Origin: a virus
Length of the DNA: 64,000 nucleotides
IMG/VR virus record: IMGVR_UViG_3300028840_007026
Location: 1 to 64,000 of that record
Direction: 5' to 3' (one strand)
The notes under the pieces were generated by a model. It was given only the letters and a program-made list of their open reading frames with translations, had not been told where the DNA came from and did not search any database. Positions 35,974 to 47,067 of the stretch are shown here, one piece after another (the stretch's first letter is position 1; every line of letters starts with the position of its first letter). The position numbers were made by a program, and so were the translations under genes.

Positions 35974-38900
35974 TGCCTGAAGTAAAAAGAACTGATCCCA
36001 AACGAAGACCGGACCTCTTTTATCTTCCCGATGGACAAGGCGAATATACTCTTGCATCCGAAGAGGTAGATCCAATTCTTTTTACTCATTCCGTTGGGTC
36101 TATTAAAGTAGTAGCAAAAAAGGTTTTCGATGGGATTGCTTACTTTGTTTTCAAGTCAGACATAAGCCAAATATGGTGGAAAAGGGATGCATTAGCGAAT
36201 CCAATACTGGTAGCAGAGTGTCAACTGGTTGGACAGGTTTATCTTAACGACTCATGGAACAACTACCCCTTTGAATTCTCCGAAGCCAATGTCTCAAGCC
36301 AAGGAGACGGCCGATACCGTGCGATCCAAACACAAGGCAATAACCTATTTGCTATGGAATGGGACTGGTCTCAGGGAAGTGGGAAGCAGTCCTTTTTTAT
36401 TGATGTTCCTGGACAGCTTGTGCGTTTGAGATGGCAATGTAGGGTACTTGAAAGTGCTATCGCCAATCCGGAACAGGGGAAACAAGGTCTCAGTTATTCA
36501 ACCCATGATTATCCCGGAAATGTAAATCACGGTAGTCAAGCAGATCCGGAGGAGGGATGGGTACAGCACTGGTGGACGTTCGAGCCAGACGGGTTTACTT
36601 GCGATGTAGAAGATGAAAGAACTCCTCTCCAACGTTATAATGAAGGAGCAGGACTGGTAGTCGATCCATATCTTGTTATAGATGAGCAAGCTACTTACGT
36701 AGATGTTACCTGTGACGGGTACGTCGCAAGGGTTCATTATGGAGGTGGTCAATACCATGCTATAAGTATTCGGGATCCAAATAATGTTTCTACTGAGTGG
36801 ATTCGTATGGGTTCACTGGTGAGACAATCAACTACCTCATATGCTCTTGCACAGGATGCTGGTGTTGCTGTCACTATCAAGGAGATGAACAGTGTTCGGG
36901 TAGTAATCAAATTGACAGGGGATTTTGAAACCGGTGCATATGCGAGTCTGACTAATGAATCGGGTTCGGAAATGTGGTACTACCTTTACACAGATCGTAT
37001 CCTCCAAAGAATAAAGTTCAATGCTACTGGATCGATTACTTTCGATACATCTATTTATCATGGTCAGTGCTATGCAGATATCCAAACTGCAAACGTAGCA
37101 AATGAAGTTTCTAAGTATGAGTCTTCGGGAAGTGAAGCGACTCAAAGTGTAACAGCGGAAAGAAATGACGCTGATTATCTTGCCGTTCTATCTGATGAGA
37201 TAGACATTATGGGAATCAATCTTCTTCACGATCTTGGAGGTGGTACTGCTCCTTATACTCAAGTTCTGGTTACTGGTGGAGACAGAATAGGTTTTCGTTG
37301 GAGCAATGGTACTGTTACTGCTCTTTCTGAAATGGCTGTTTTATGGGTACTTGATTCCGCGGATAGAAGCGGTTCAGCTAAGAAATACGACAGTACAAAA
37401 CGACTTGCCATTGGGGACCAGTGGAAAGACCTAAATATTGAGAACTGGGATGATGCAACATACCATACCGATCTTGTTGGATACTGGACGTGTGATGATG
37501 ATGCAGCGAGTACTACCATACTCGCCGAAGTAGGCAGCAATGGAGCGCTTGCAGGTGGGAGTAATACCGAAGACGTTTCAAGTGTAACTGCTCGACAAGG
37601 AACGAGCTTTTTGCTTGATGGTTCAGCGGACATTATAAACTTGTCAACTTGTTTCAATACCGATTTGACAAACAAGAATCTATTCACGGTAGTAATAAAT
37701 GCAAGGCCTACGTTTGCCTATAACGTAGCAGTTGACCAGCTTTTACTCACAATAGGATCCTCTTCTACTAATCGCCTTATGATTGGCTATCGTGCATCTA
37801 CTGATCAATGGACGATTTATAACGATATTGCTAATGCGGGAGTTACTACCTCATATGGGAGAGTATATACTTCAAGCGTTCAAATGCAAAAATGGGTGAC
37901 TGTAGTAGTGGCTGTTGACCTGACAAACGATGTGGTAGCACTGGCAGTTGATGGAAGAATACTTGCGACGGAATCTGTAACCCAGAGCTGGAGTGCTACT
38001 CCTACTTATCTCTATGTCGGTTCAAACATCTCAGAAAATACTTTTTGGACTGGGTATATTGACGAGATTACTTTACTCGATGGATATCTTCCCTATCAGT
38101 TATCTCCTTATGTAGAAGTTTTTACTCCCGTAAGGGATTGCTATATTCCTAAGAACCTGACGATCGATGGTTTTGCTTCCGATGGCGGATTACACGTTAT
38201 TCCGAATTCAAACCATAAAGTAAAAGTAGTATGGGACCGATTGCGTTATAGCAATATTCTCGTACTTGATTCCACCAGTTTTCTTGATACATTAAATGTT
38301 GAACGACTTTCATCATGGTGGAGGTTTGATGATGATGCAGCGAGTACTACCATTCTGGCTGAGAATTATGGGTCCGGGAAAACCAACGGGACATTAGGCG
38401 GAGGGGACAACACTGAAGATAAGCAACAAGTTGGAGCACTTGGAGGTTCCTTTCTTTTTAATGGAACAGATGACTACGCGGATTTAAGCTCTGCTCTAAG
38501 TGATATTTCCTCAACAAATAAATTTACTGTTTCCTTGAGAGTAAAACCTAATTTCACTTATTCGAATAGTACTTCCCGGATGATCTTAGAAATTGGGTCA
38601 AGTTCATCGGATAGAGTATTACTTTACTGGTCAACTGGTAATGCTATAGTTTTCCAAAATGATATATCGGATGCATCTACAGCCTACGATCTGGTTACAG
38701 TTTCTTCGACGTATGAGACTCAGCAATGGTGGGATATTCATTTAATGGTTAACCTGGATGCTGATTGCATCATCGTTGCCGTTAATGGGGTTGTAAAGCT
38801 GAGATTGGTTGCTACCGAAAGTTGGAATGCAACACCTACTTATTTCTATGTGGGAAGGAACATCTCGGGTTCCAGCAATTATTGGCCTGGATACGTTTGT

Positions 38901-39698
38901 GACGTTAAACTATATAATGGACCAATTTGTCTCGGTGGCGGAGGTCCACTACCGTTGAGCAATGATGATTCCGATTTCTCCATTGCGAATAGCGATGTAA
39001 TCTTTCATACACTTCTCCGCGATATTACTTCCCCAACTGCGGAGGTGGCAGGTGGTTCTTCCACAATTACAGTCGGGGGAAGTCCTTCTCTCGAAAGCGA
39101 TATGAATGGGGTATCAAATGCTTCCATTCTATTTGATGCGAGTGGGGATATTCTTACTTTTCCCACTTCTGGGAATCTGGATATTTCTCAGGGTTCGATC
39201 ATGTTTTGGTGGAAGAGTGTTTCTGCATTTGATGATAGTAATGATCGAGTACTTTTTGGTGGACGTGGAGCAAGTAATGATGCGGGGGATTTTGTTATCA
39301 TCAAAACAAGTACTCCACAGTTGTATCTTTTGACTGTGGATAGTTCTTCTAATATAATTTATATCTATTTCAATGCTGCGCAAATAACTGCTTGGACGAC
39401 TTGGACTTCGCTTCGGTTTGTTTGGAGTTCAAGTGTTCCTGTTTATAGTACTCACCATATGGCAATGTTCATTGACGGTCAGTATCGTACTCCTGCAGGT
39501 GGTTCAAATCATACTTCTCCCTGGACGGCAGGTACACCTCAGACAACACAAGGGATTGGGAATGATCAGCAAGATACCGCCGACTTTGCGAACGGTTATA
39601 TGTCCCGCTTGAGTATTACTGATAATCCGTTTACTCCCGAAAATTGGTCCTCTTATGGAATTCCTTTAAGGACTCTTTTATTGGACGTGAGGGAATAA
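35973..39698 (+). CDS. Large virion-associated protein with tandem LamG/ConA-like domains
   Basis: Repeated W..DDDAASTTILAE...GG.NTED...SFL.DG..D...WxGY(I/V)xxxxLY units; third unit SQGSIMFWW. Confidence 0.75.
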   Translation: MPEVKRTDPKRRPDLFYLPDGQGEYTLASEEVDPILFTHSVGSIKVVAKKVFDGIAYFVFKSDISQIWWKRDALANPILVAECQLVGQVYLNDSWNNYPFEFSEANVSSQGDGRYRAIQTQGNNLFAMEWDWSQGSGKQSFFIDVPGQLVRLRWQCRVLESAIANPEQGKQGLSYSTHDYPGNVNHGSQADPEEGWVQHWWTFEPDGFTCDVEDERTPLQRYNEGAGLVVDPYLVIDEQATYVDVTCDGYVARVHYGGGQYHAISIRDPNNVSTEWIRMGSLVRQSTTSYALAQDAGVAVTIKEMNSVRVVIKLTGDFETGAYASLTNESGSEMWYYLYTDRILQRIKFNATGSITFDTSIYHGQCYADIQTANVANEVSKYESSGSEATQSVTAERNDADYLAVLSDEIDIMGINLLHDLGGGTAPYTQVLVTGGDRIGFRWSNGTVTALSEMAVLWVLDSADRSGSAKKYDSTKRLAIGDQWKDLNIENWDDATYHTDLVGYWTCDDDAASTTILAEVGSNGALAGGSNTEDVSSVTARQGTSFLLDGSADIINLSTCFNTDLTNKNLFTVVINARPTFAYNVAVDQLLLTIGSSSTNRLMIGYRASTDQWTIYNDIANAGVTTSYGRVYTSSVQMQKWVTVVVAVDLTNDVVALAVDGRILATESVTQSWSATPTYLYVGSNISENTFWTGYIDEITLLDGYLPYQLSPYVEVFTPVRDCYIPKNLTIDGFASDGGLHVIPNSNHKVKVVWDRLRYSNILVLDSTSFLDTLNVERLSSWWRFDDDAASTTILAENYGSGKTNGTLGGGDNTEDKQQVGALGGSFLFNGTDDYADLSSALSDISSTNKFTVSLRVKPNFTYSNSTSRMILEIGSSSSDRVLLYWSTGNAIVFQNDISDASTAYDLVTVSSTYETQQWWDIHLMVNLDADCIIVAVNGVVKLRLVATESWNATPTYFYVGRNISGSSNYWPGYVCDVKLYNGPICLGGGGPLPLSNDDSDFSIANSDVIFHTLLRDITSPTAEVAGGSSTITVGGSPSLESDMNGVSNASILFDASGDILTFPTSGNLDISQGSIMFWWKSVSAFDDSNDRVLFGGRGASNDAGDFVIIKTSTPQLYLLTVDSSSNIIYIYFNAAQITAWTTWTSLRFVWSSSVPVYSTHHMAMFIDGQYRTPAGGSNHTSPWTAGTPQTTQGIGNDQQDTADFANGYMSRLSITDNPFTPENWSSYGIPLRTLLLDVRE

Positions 39699-39699
39699 A

Positions 39700-41109
39700 A
39701 TGACTGAGATCAAATACGGGACTGAATTTAAAACAGTTTGGCTACCAGACGGTAGACGATTGTTTGTTCAATCTGATGGTAATACTCAAACGACAGGTGA
39801 CATTTGGAATATAGCGTTTGATATAACCACGACCACGACCACGAGTACAACGACAACAACTACGAGTACATCAACTACAACTACTACCAGTACCACGAGT
39901 ACTACGAGTACTACGACAACTACGGAGCCTCCGCTTTATGCTTGGGATCCTGATAAGTGCTCATCGAACATAACTCTCAGCAATGGCAATCGAACAGCAG
40001 AATGTACCGTTGATACGACTGTAAGTTCCGTTATTTCTAAGTGGGATAAGAGTTCAGGTAAGTGGTACTGGGAAATTGAAATTGATGCCGTCAACGGTTA
40101 CTTTCAATCGTTTGGCATTTGCGATCAAGACATTGGAACCGACTTTGACAAAGACATTCGGACCGGATGGAATGAGTCTTGGTCGCTTTTTCGGTATCTA
40201 TCAACGACGGCACGCGCTTATCATGACGGCATTTATGGCACTTATAGTATTAGCTTCGGTGCTGCCGGAACCGTCATTATGCTTGCGCTTGACCTTGACA
40301 ACAATCGGTTTTATGCTGGAGTTGACGGGACATGGGTGAACAGCGGCGATCCGGCGGCCGGAACCGGGTATCTTTACGAAGACGCCACTATAGACGCGGT
40401 TATTGCAGCTTGTTACTCACCTCGTTATGATGGAGATATAATAACATCCTGTTTTAGAAATAGCGAATTAAATTATACTCCTCCGACTGGGTATGTTGCT
40501 CCGGATCAAGAGCAACCGACTACAACTACAACTACTACCAGTACCAGTACCACGAGTACTACATCAACTACAACTACTACCAGTACCACGAGTACTACGA
40601 GTACTACGACAACTGCACCTCCGACGACGACGAGCACTACGTCAACCAGTACTACGTCAACCACGAGCACTACGACAACAACTGTTCCACCGACAACAAC
40701 CACTACCACTACATCGACTACCAGTACTACCAGTACTACATCAACAACGAGTACGACCAGCACGACAACGACCAGCACGACAACGACGAGTACAACAAGT
40801 TCTACTACATCAACGTCAACAACGAGTACTACATCAACGTCAACAACGAGTACTACATCAACGTCAACGACGAGTACTACGTCAACGACGAGTACAACAA
40901 GTTCCACTACGAGTACGACGGTCAGCACGACAACCACGACTGGAACAACTACTACCAGTACGACGGTCACGACCACTACGATTGATCCGAATACTATTGC
41001 TGTAAGCGTGAGTGCTACTGTAAAATTGCCTACTATTTTAGGAAGCAGCAAACAACCGAGCATTCTGGCAACTGTTTCACAACCAACTATCACTGTAACG
41101 GGAGATTAA
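39700..41109 (+). CDS. SPRY/B30.2-domain protein flanked by mucin-like Thr/Ser tracts
   Basis: ITLSNGNRT, SSGKWYWEI, VIMLALDLDN, YTPPTGY; long T/S runs. Confidence 0.8.
   Translation: MTEIKYGTEFKTVWLPDGRRLFVQSDGNTQTTGDIWNIAFDITTTTTTSTTTTTTSTSTTTTTSTTSTTSTTTTTEPPLYAWDPDKCSSNITLSNGNRTAECTVDTTVSSVISKWDKSSGKWYWEIEIDAVNGYFQSFGICDQDIGTDFDKDIRTGWNESWSLFRYLSTTARAYHDGIYGTYSISFGAAGTVIMLALDLDNNRFYAGVDGTWVNSGDPAAGTGYLYEDATIDAVIAACYSPRYDGDIITSCFRNSELNYTPPTGYVAPDQEQPTTTTTTTSTSTTSTTSTTTTTSTTSTTSTTTTAPPTTTSTTSTSTTSTTSTTTTTVPPTTTTTTTSTTSTTSTTSTTSTTSTTTTSTTTTSTTSSTTSTSTTSTTSTSTTSTTSTSTTSTTSTTSTTSSTTSTTVSTTTTTGTTTTSTTVTTTTIDPNTIAVSVSATVKLPTILGSSKQPSILATVSQPTITVTGD
40517..40980 (+). repeat. Low-complexity ACN-codon repeat encoding poly-Thr/Ser
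   Basis: Recurrent acgagtactac / acatcaacg units. Confidence 0.85.
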
Positions 41110-41112
41110 AAG

Positions 41113-41466
41113 ATGGCGGTAACACTTAAAACACGAGCGAAGGAAGGTTCTCAGTATGTTATAAGCCTCACTTTCAAAAACAGTGCCGGAGCACTCGCTG
41201 TACCAAGTGCAGTCAGATGGACATTGACCAATTGCGACAGAGAAGTAATTAACAATAGGCGACACGTAGTAGTAGCACCTGCAGCCAATATTGACGTAGT
41301 CTTGTCTGGGGCTGACCTTGGAGTCACGGAGTTTGGCTCCACAGCAACGAGGAAGTTCCTTGTGGAAGCAGTTGATAATGGTTTACCGATAGTGGAAGAA
41401 TTTACTTTCAAGATTGAGCAATCACTTATTTATCCGATAACTACTACCACATCAACTACCATATAG
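41113..41466 (+). CDS. Small beta-rich virion protein with Thr tail
   Basis: Ig-like strand pattern; ends ITTTTSTTI. Confidence 0.65.
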   Translation: MAVTLKTRAKEGSQYVISLTFKNSAGALAVPSAVRWTLTNCDREVINNRRHVVVAPAANIDVVLSGADLGVTEFGSTATRKFLVEAVDNGLPIVEEFTFKIEQSLIYPITTTTSTTI

Positions 41467-41475
41467 GAGAAGCGA

Positions 41476-42333
41476 ATGGAAATCATTAATCTCGGCGACG
41501 GTTCTTATAAGAATTGCCATATATACGAAGATGAGAATACTCATGAAGCGTATATGGCCGTCACCGATATGCTAAATGGTGGAATTACTGTTTTTCGTAG
41601 AACCAGTGGAATACTCGAATGGGAATTCGTTAAAACCTTTTACATGGGATGGGGAGCAATGTGGGCTCCTTACGTAGTGAAGATCGAAGACAAAATATGG
41701 ATTTATGTTTGTGATACCGCTGGAGTAAATCCATATTACGAAACCATGAGAATTTATCGTTTCATGGTGTCGGATACGTTTGACAATGTTGAACTTGATA
41801 TTGAACGAGTAAACGTAAACATGGATCGGGACCACCTTGCAATGATAGATCCCTGTATGTTTTACTACCAAGGATGGTGGTATCTCGCGGTAGCAATATT
41901 ATGGGATCCGGAGAACTTACGATGGTGGGATATTGCCGTATTTGCTTCACGCAATCCTCATGGTCCATTTGAATTGGAAACGATGCAATACATTGGGATA
42001 GGCGATCAACATTTGATACCGGATGTTGTCAATATTGATGAGGCTTTTAAATTTATCCCTTCGTTTGATAATCATCTCCATTGTGTTTACTCATGCGGGG
42101 ATTCTGGTGTGAAGACTGGTTATTCAGTGCTTGGACATATGGTTTCCGAGGGTATGTTCAGCGAAGGCTACCTTGACTGGGTAGTTAAACCGGTAAGACT
42201 TCTTAGAAATTATGAACGGTTAATTACTGCTCCAACATATTATCAAGGGAAGATGTTCGCCACTACTTCTGAGAATGAGGTGACCGGTTTGCAAACTGGT
42301 TTTGATATAGCTGTTTTGTCTGAATTCGATTAG
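41476..42333 (+). CDS. Five-bladed beta-propeller glycoside hydrolase-like protein (GH43-like)
   Basis: MWAPYVVK, MIDPCMF, S.NPHGPF, DEA motifs. Confidence 0.6.
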   Translation: MEIINLGDGSYKNCHIYEDENTHEAYMAVTDMLNGGITVFRRTSGILEWEFVKTFYMGWGAMWAPYVVKIEDKIWIYVCDTAGVNPYYETMRIYRFMVSDTFDNVELDIERVNVNMDRDHLAMIDPCMFYYQGWWYLAVAILWDPENLRWWDIAVFASRNPHGPFELETMQYIGIGDQHLIPDVVNIDEAFKFIPSFDNHLHCVYSCGDSGVKTGYSVLGHMVSEGMFSEGYLDWVVKPVRLLRNYERLITAPTYYQGKMFATTSENEVTGLQTGFDIAVLSEFD

Positions 42334-42344
42334 GAGATTAAATC

Positions 42345-43931
42345 ATGGCAACAAAGAATGAGAAGAGAACAGCAACACCAAAAAACCCTGACTTGACCGT
42401 CGATGAGTTGAAAGCAACACACGAACTCCACCAGCTATTTAAAAGCGAATGGGAGTTCTTATATGCTGCTTATCAGGGAGCGCGAGAACTTGTTAATCTT
42501 GGTTACCTTGTAAAGCACGAGCGTGAAACCAGTGAGAATTACGAAGCTCGTAAAAAACAGGCATATGGTTTCGGTTATTCTCAGTCGATTGTGGATACAT
42601 TGAACTTCTACCTGAACAAGAAAGCAACAAAGAGAACAGTTCCTCAAAAGATTGAAAGCGATGCACTGTACGAATTGTTTTCTGAGGATTGCAATTTGGA
42701 AGGTGATGGGATCGACGAGTTTATTACCGAGCAGAGTAGGCTCGCTTCCATTATGGGTTACACGGGAGTACTTGTTGACAAACCTTCTACCGTGTTTTTT
42801 AATCGACAAGAGCAAATAGATATGGAAGTACATCCGTATCTTTGCTCATACTATCCACAAGCTATTCTGGATTGGAAGATTGAACGGGATCAGTTTGGTC
42901 GGCCCGTTTTAACTTACCTGAAACTTCTCCAGGACAGTGGACAATATTTGCTTTGGTTTCAGGATCAATTTGAGATTTGGGAAATACCATTCGATGAAGA
43001 TGGTAGCCCAAGAACAGATCAGGAAAAGGCCGAGTTGGTCGAATGTAGAACTCATACTCTGAATGAGATTCCGTTTGTTTTTATCATCAATAAGAAGTGG
43101 AGAATTCGCCCCATCGGTAAATCGGATATATCTGACATAGCAAGAATTGATGTGAGTATTATCCGGAACCTTTCACAAGGAGAGGAAGTTATTGACTACT
43201 CCGCGTTTCCAATGATGAGAAAAGCTGCATTGGAAGGTCGCCCTGATCAGGTGGTAGACAAATCGGATGAAACTGGTCCGACGGCAGTACTCAGTTTTGA
43301 TCCGGACAATCCGGATTCCAAGCCTGACTGGTTGCAGTCCGAATCCAAGGATCCGATTGATGCAATTGTTGTATGGATTGGGTTAAAGATAGCAGAGATC
43401 TACCGTGCGAGTAACATTGGCGGGATGGCTGCAAACGAAGTTTCCACGGTAGCAAAGTCTGGTTCTGCTCTCCAGTCCGAGTTCCAACTTCTCAATTCCA
43501 GCCTTGTGAGAAAAGCAGTCAATCTTGAGAAGGCGGAGTCGAGAATATATTGGTTCTACTACAAGTGGGAATTTGAGGGAGAAGAAAAAGAACTTATCAA
43601 GGAAACGAAGATTGAGCGTGAGCGCACATACGACGTGGAGAACTTGGCTCAGGACCTTGATAACGTTATTACTTCCACGAGCATAGTTGTCAGCAACAAA
43701 TTTAAAGAAGCGATGCAAAAGAAAACTGCTCGCAAAATGCTACCTTCCTGGAACGATACTCAGATGCAAGAAATTGACGATGAGATCGAACAGGGAATTG
43801 AAGAGGAGGCGAACAGGCCGAAGCCTGGAGATCCAGATTACTACGATCCATTTATGGAAAAACCTGAAACGGACGATAGTGAAGACAAAGTACTCCCATT
43901 TCAGAAAAAGACTTCCGGCGAGAAGGAGTAA
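42345..43931 (+). CDS. Portal protein
   Basis: ERET.ENYEARK, VLVDKP, ILDW, EIPFV, KSGSAL; downstream of TerL. Confidence 0.85.
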   Translation: MATKNEKRTATPKNPDLTVDELKATHELHQLFKSEWEFLYAAYQGARELVNLGYLVKHERETSENYEARKKQAYGFGYSQSIVDTLNFYLNKKATKRTVPQKIESDALYELFSEDCNLEGDGIDEFITEQSRLASIMGYTGVLVDKPSTVFFNRQEQIDMEVHPYLCSYYPQAILDWKIERDQFGRPVLTYLKLLQDSGQYLLWFQDQFEIWEIPFDEDGSPRTDQEKAELVECRTHTLNEIPFVFIINKKWRIRPIGKSDISDIARIDVSIIRNLSQGEEVIDYSAFPMMRKAALEGRPDQVVDKSDETGPTAVLSFDPDNPDSKPDWLQSESKDPIDAIVVWIGLKIAEIYRASNIGGMAANEVSTVAKSGSALQSEFQLLNSSLVRKAVNLEKAESRIYWFYYKWEFEGEEKELIKETKIERERTYDVENLAQDLDNVITSTSIVVSNKFKEAMQKKTARKMLPSWNDTQMQEIDDEIEQGIEEEANRPKPGDPDYYDPFMEKPETDDSEDKVLPFQKKTSGEKE

Positions 43932-43938
43932 TCCTTAA

Positions 43939-46900
43939 GTGGATCCGAAAAAGAAAATAGGTCCGAAGCAGGTCCAGGTTGTATCGGAGAAAACCGATTC
44001 ATTCCTTGGTCAAGCTGTCGGAAGAAATCAAGATCGAATGGCGACCGCGATTAGGAATCTTGAGAGAAAAATGATCAACTCCTTAAGATTAATCGAGACG
44101 GACAGAACTGGTCGTATTGAAAGCGTGAAAGTAAATCTGAAACAAACACAAGCTGTCCACAAGGAAATGCTCAAGAACTTCGAAGAGACATATGGGGTAG
44201 CAGCCAGACAGCTTGTTTCGGACTTTGATGATATTGACAATTTTATTCAGAGTTCTTGGACGTACTTGAATGAAAGTGCTGACTTTACTGGTATTGAAAA
44301 GAATATGAATCGTTCTCTCCGTAGGAGTACAGCGAGAACTTTTGAGCAGTTTGGAACGGAAGCCCAAAGGAGAATAGATGATGCACTTTACTCTTCCATA
44401 GTCGGTGGAACATCCTATTCAACATTGGTTGCTGCTGTAACTGGAGCACTCACGGGACATAGGGATGCTCGCGGTAGATCAATGGCTGCATATGCGAAGC
44501 AATATGCTTTTGACGCGACAATGAACTACCACAATGATGTCAACTTAGGGAAAGCGGAAGGGTTAGGAATATTTCATTTTCTTTATGTTGGTGACATTAT
44601 TGGTAGTACTCGTAAATTTTGTCGTAGGCGAGCAGGGAAGGTTTATACACGAGGACAAATCAACTCATGGAATCAGCACCAATGGGAAGGGAAAGCAGGG
44701 CCAGCATTTACTCATAGAGGCGGATACAATTGTCGCCATCATTGGCGTCCAGTTAGACCGGAATGGCTCGGTGATCGCACTCAGGTAGATATAGCCGATT
44801 GGAGAATAGGGGATACAATTGGTGCGAAACCATCTCATTTGAAGAAGACCGAAGGTGCACGTGGATGGCTTGACTACACTAAAACTGAGAGAAATTATCT
44901 TTCAATTTTACATAAAGTTTCAAAGCGCGGAGGTGAAGGGTTAACTTCGAAACAGCGGTATGTGAAGTTTTTTCACAATGGCATGAATGCTGAGGAGAGG
45001 AGACTTTTCAGAGAAGCATTGGAAGCAGAGGGAATAGAGGTCCCTGAGATATTAAGGAGCAAGGGCAAAACCATTAAGCCGAAGCCGATCGAGCCTTCAC
45101 CTCCGCCTCCCAAGCCTGAGAAGGTGATTAAACCACAGCCGGATAACATGGTCAAGCCGAAACCAAAAAAAGGAAAACCGGACCCGAATTTAAAGACTTT
45201 AAAGCAGTATCCACCGGAAGTGCAAAAGAAGTTGAAGAGTATTCGGCACAAGCTTGTGAAGGGATATGACTTTAAACCTAATTCTCCACTAACAAAATAT
45301 TGGTTTGATTTGGATATAGCTGATAGGGAGAACTTGGTAGCATTATGGGAAAGCGAGGGATTGATAGTCCCGAAAGATATAAGAAAGGGAGTTGGATTAG
45401 TAAAACCTTCGCCGAATAGAAAATTAACTCCGACAAAACCAAAGGAAGATAAACTTACACCGAAGAAAGTAGCTCCACCTCCAACACCGAACAAGAAAGA
45501 GGTGGTAGTAAAACGAGACAAGTATCTTCCACCGGGAGCAGAAATAGATCGCAATCTTCCAAATATGGATTTCAAGTTTAAGGATCCGAATACGATCCAT
45601 ATTTTGAATGAGGATTTCGAGTCCGTTGGTAACGTTAGATTTTTTACTCTCATGGACGGGGATCATAAAGAATTTTTCATCGATATGATCTACGTAGATA
45701 AAAAGTATCAGGGGAAGGGATATGGTACAGCACTTATAGATGATCTACTCGAACTTGCAGACCAGCATGGAGTGACAAGATTAGGTGGAGAATCCATGAC
45801 TTCTGCATTGAGAAAAGTACTCGATAAGAAATTGGGGAAACCAATCTTTATTGGGGATCCAGACTACATAAAGAAAGATTTGTCGGGGATCGATGTAATC
45901 TATGAGGTGAAGCCAAAAGTTAAAAAAGTAAAAGTTGATCCAGTTAAAGTAGCAAGGGACAAGTTTGAAGTAGCACAGAAGAAATATTTAGGTGCCAAAA
46001 CTCGGACAGCGAAGAAAAAAGCACTTGTGGAGTATGAGGAGGCGAGAAGGGATTATGCTGTAGTAGCACCGAGTGATGTGCATAATCAGTTGAGAAAAGA
46101 TATTATCGGCGAAATGGGAATGCTTTCCTATAAAGAAGAGGAAGTAATATTCAAAGGCACAAGACATCTTGGATACGAAGTTCTCACTGAGATGAAATTG
46201 TCTGGACTAAGAATTGATGTAGCACAGTTAGGACGTGCAAGTTATAATCCAGATTCCAAAACGTTAAGCTTTTTCCACTACCGGAATATAGGGAAAAAAG
46301 AATTTGGCACGAGAGTAATAGCTCATGAAGTGGGTCATGCCGTGGATTCCTATATGTCCAACAAGGGAAGGGATCTTAACTGGAAACTTGGTTTTTGGGA
46401 TGATACAAATCCGTGGGCAGGGAAAAGGGATGCAATAAAATACCATAAATGGTATGAGGATAGCAGGGTAGGAGGAAAAGCATGGTTCAATAATGGTGAT
46501 GGACAGTATCACATTGGGAACTGGGTAAGTGATTATGAAGGGAGAATTTATCCACATCCAACGGCGAGGCATCCAGAGTTTTTCTCAATGGGTTCTGAGC
46601 GTTATGCCAAGGCACTTGAATCTGAGTTGAATGATCTTAAAAGTAGATTGAGACTTGTCGCACTTGATGAAGATGCTTTTTATGGTGATTTAGAGAGAGT
46701 AAGGGAATCGCTGAAAGGTCCAGTAAAGAAAGCAGATCGTCTGAAATTAGATCAATCGAAGAAAAGATTGAGAAATTGGGTTCATGCTGCTCGTTTGGCT
46801 ACTGGCAAGACGGATTTGGAAGACTATTTAGGGAAGAGACTTTCTAATCCAAAAAACTTTGACCACCTTCCATGGGGAAAGCAAATAAAGCATTATCCAG

Positions 46901-47067
46901 AATATGCTCAATGGATGCAGGATTTCTATCGTAAAACGAGAAAAACACGTCCACTCACTGGTGGAGACGCCTTTGAAGAACTTTTTGAAGAAGTAGAGCA
47001 ATCAGGAAAGAGTCATCTTGAAAAAGTAGCAAATACTGACCTTGAGAAATTGGGGATCAAATTATGA
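43939..47067 (+). CDS. MuF/minor head protein fused to GNAT and HEXXH metallopeptidase domains
   Basis: TRKFC...GGYNCRHHW; Pro/Lys linker; IYVDKKYQGKGYGTALI; IAHEVGHAVD...PEFFS. Confidence 0.8.
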   Translation: MDPKKKIGPKQVQVVSEKTDSFLGQAVGRNQDRMATAIRNLERKMINSLRLIETDRTGRIESVKVNLKQTQAVHKEMLKNFEETYGVAARQLVSDFDDIDNFIQSSWTYLNESADFTGIEKNMNRSLRRSTARTFEQFGTEAQRRIDDALYSSIVGGTSYSTLVAAVTGALTGHRDARGRSMAAYAKQYAFDATMNYHNDVNLGKAEGLGIFHFLYVGDIIGSTRKFCRRRAGKVYTRGQINSWNQHQWEGKAGPAFTHRGGYNCRHHWRPVRPEWLGDRTQVDIADWRIGDTIGAKPSHLKKTEGARGWLDYTKTERNYLSILHKVSKRGGEGLTSKQRYVKFFHNGMNAEERRLFREALEAEGIEVPEILRSKGKTIKPKPIEPSPPPPKPEKVIKPQPDNMVKPKPKKGKPDPNLKTLKQYPPEVQKKLKSIRHKLVKGYDFKPNSPLTKYWFDLDIADRENLVALWESEGLIVPKDIRKGVGLVKPSPNRKLTPTKPKEDKLTPKKVAPPPTPNKKEVVVKRDKYLPPGAEIDRNLPNMDFKFKDPNTIHILNEDFESVGNVRFFTLMDGDHKEFFIDMIYVDKKYQGKGYGTALIDDLLELADQHGVTRLGGESMTSALRKVLDKKLGKPIFIGDPDYIKKDLSGIDVIYEVKPKVKKVKVDPVKVARDKFEVAQKKYLGAKTRTAKKKALVEYEEARRDYAVVAPSDVHNQLRKDIIGEMGMLSYKEEEVIFKGTRHLGYEVLTEMKLSGLRIDVAQLGRASYNPDSKTLSFFHYRNIGKKEFGTRVIAHEVGHAVDSYMSNKGRDLNWKLGFWDDTNPWAGKRDAIKYHKWYEDSRVGGKAWFNNGDGQYHIGNWVSDYEGRIYPHPTARHPEFFSMGSERYAKALESELNDLKSRLRLVALDEDAFYGDLERVRESLKGPVKKADRLKLDQSKKRLRNWVHAARLATGKTDLEDYLGKRLSNPKNFDHLPWGKQIKHYPEYAQWMQDFYRKTRKTRPLTGGDAFEELFEEVEQSGKSHLEKVANTDLEKLGIKL

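Noticed and set aside
40493-41093. Poly-Val minus-strand ORF and Arg/Gln alternative-frame ORF
   Set aside because: By-products of the ACN poly-Thr repeat.
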